Positions 63,177 through 64,000 of a stretch of DNA of 64,000 nt are shown here, piece by piece. This DNA is from Azolla caroliniana (lineage: Eukaryota > Plantae > Polypodiophyta). Numbering within the stretch: the stretch's first letter is position 1; each line of letters starts with the position of its first letter. The notes beneath the pieces are model-generated. The model saw only the letters and a list, made by a program, of their open reading frames with translations. It had not been told where the DNA came from and searched no databases. Location: NCBI GenBank assembly GCA_043228905.1, contig JBHGNT010000005.1, positions 124,001 through 188,000 on the forward strand. The letters are read 5' to 3'. The position numbers were made by a program, and so were the translations under genes.

Positions 63177-64000
63177 TGACCTAAAGGTGTGGCGAATCGG
63201 CCTAGCCTTTAACCAAGAATGAATTCACTCCCCCTTTGGCCGCTCAATCAAATGATAGTTATCTTTATATAAGTGCTTGTCCCATATCTCTCTTTTGTCA
63301 TGCATTAAAAATTAAATGTAGCTCATCTTACTTCAAGACTAGATTTGAACCAAGTGGAGGAGGATATTTTTTCATTATCTTACCTAGGCTTTGTCAGTGA
63401 TCTCTCCCCATCCTTATGTTTGAATTTCGGTTGTACTCACACTTTTGTCACTCTCTCTTTTGGTTCAAATGTGTCAATATGAAAACTGAGTTGAGGTCTC
63501 AGTGTCATCGACTCATGCTCTTCATTCGTTCTTTTTGTGTTCGCTATGATGATACCTTTCACATGAAGTAGATTTGTCAGTTGTCATTCCATAGCGTCTT
63601 CAAAGAAAGATATATTTGTTTGTCGTCATTGCTTAGTTTCTTGTGCTCTCAGGGATACTTTAGAATGAACCTTGTACATAAATCACACTTGTGTTTAGTT
63701 AGTTGCTTCAAACATTCCTACATCAAAGACATAAAGGTGATAATATGTAAATGCATCCGTCGAACATACCTAAATGCATCCATTTTAGAGACCATTCCTC
63801 TAATCTCATGAGCAGTTACATCAAAAATATTGGAATGGGGATTTTCTAATCAATTATTGTCACCCTATTCAATATTAGTGGCAAACAACCTTCACACTAT
63901 TTTTAGCAATGCTTGTCTAAAAAGTTGAAGGGGTCTATTACGCTGAAACTTCTAGTTTGAAAATTTTGTTTAAAACTGAAAATTCATGCTGAGAAATAAT

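Overview
Eukaryotic nuclear DNA from a land plant: GT-AG spliceosomal introns, plant-specific gene families and abundant (GA)n/(CA)n/(TA)n microsatellites. Protein divergence and TE types suggest a non-seed plant such as a fern; this is inference. Eight protein-coding genes can be assembled by hand: the 5' part of a class II (PTEN-domain) formin similar to FH14, an At5g15710-like F-box/kelch gene, a MORN-repeat PIP5K, an atypical 10-Cys nsLTP-like secreted protein, HAWAIIAN SKIRT (HWS), an SHI/STY (SRS) transcription factor, a LamG plus STAT-like SH2 protein (SHA/SHB family) and PEX3. All except SRS are on the minus strand. Intergenic DNA holds two hAT-type MITEs with exact 8-bp TSDs, a 5'-truncated L1-type LINE plus a tiny 3' copy (both with TSDs), a decayed LINE of another clade, a 1.5-kb solo LTR with a 6-bp TSD nested in a probable retroposed fragment, and several tandem duplications and hairpins. 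I see no convincing wholly new biological system. The best leads are an AUG-UAA minimal uORF abutting the HWS start, gene-specific degenerate repeat arrays in four 5'-proximal introns, the 10-Cys LTP, the LamG-SH2 gene and the IGGH-to-IGGR SRS variant. Exon boundaries were read by eye and family assignments rest on recalled motifs, not database searches.
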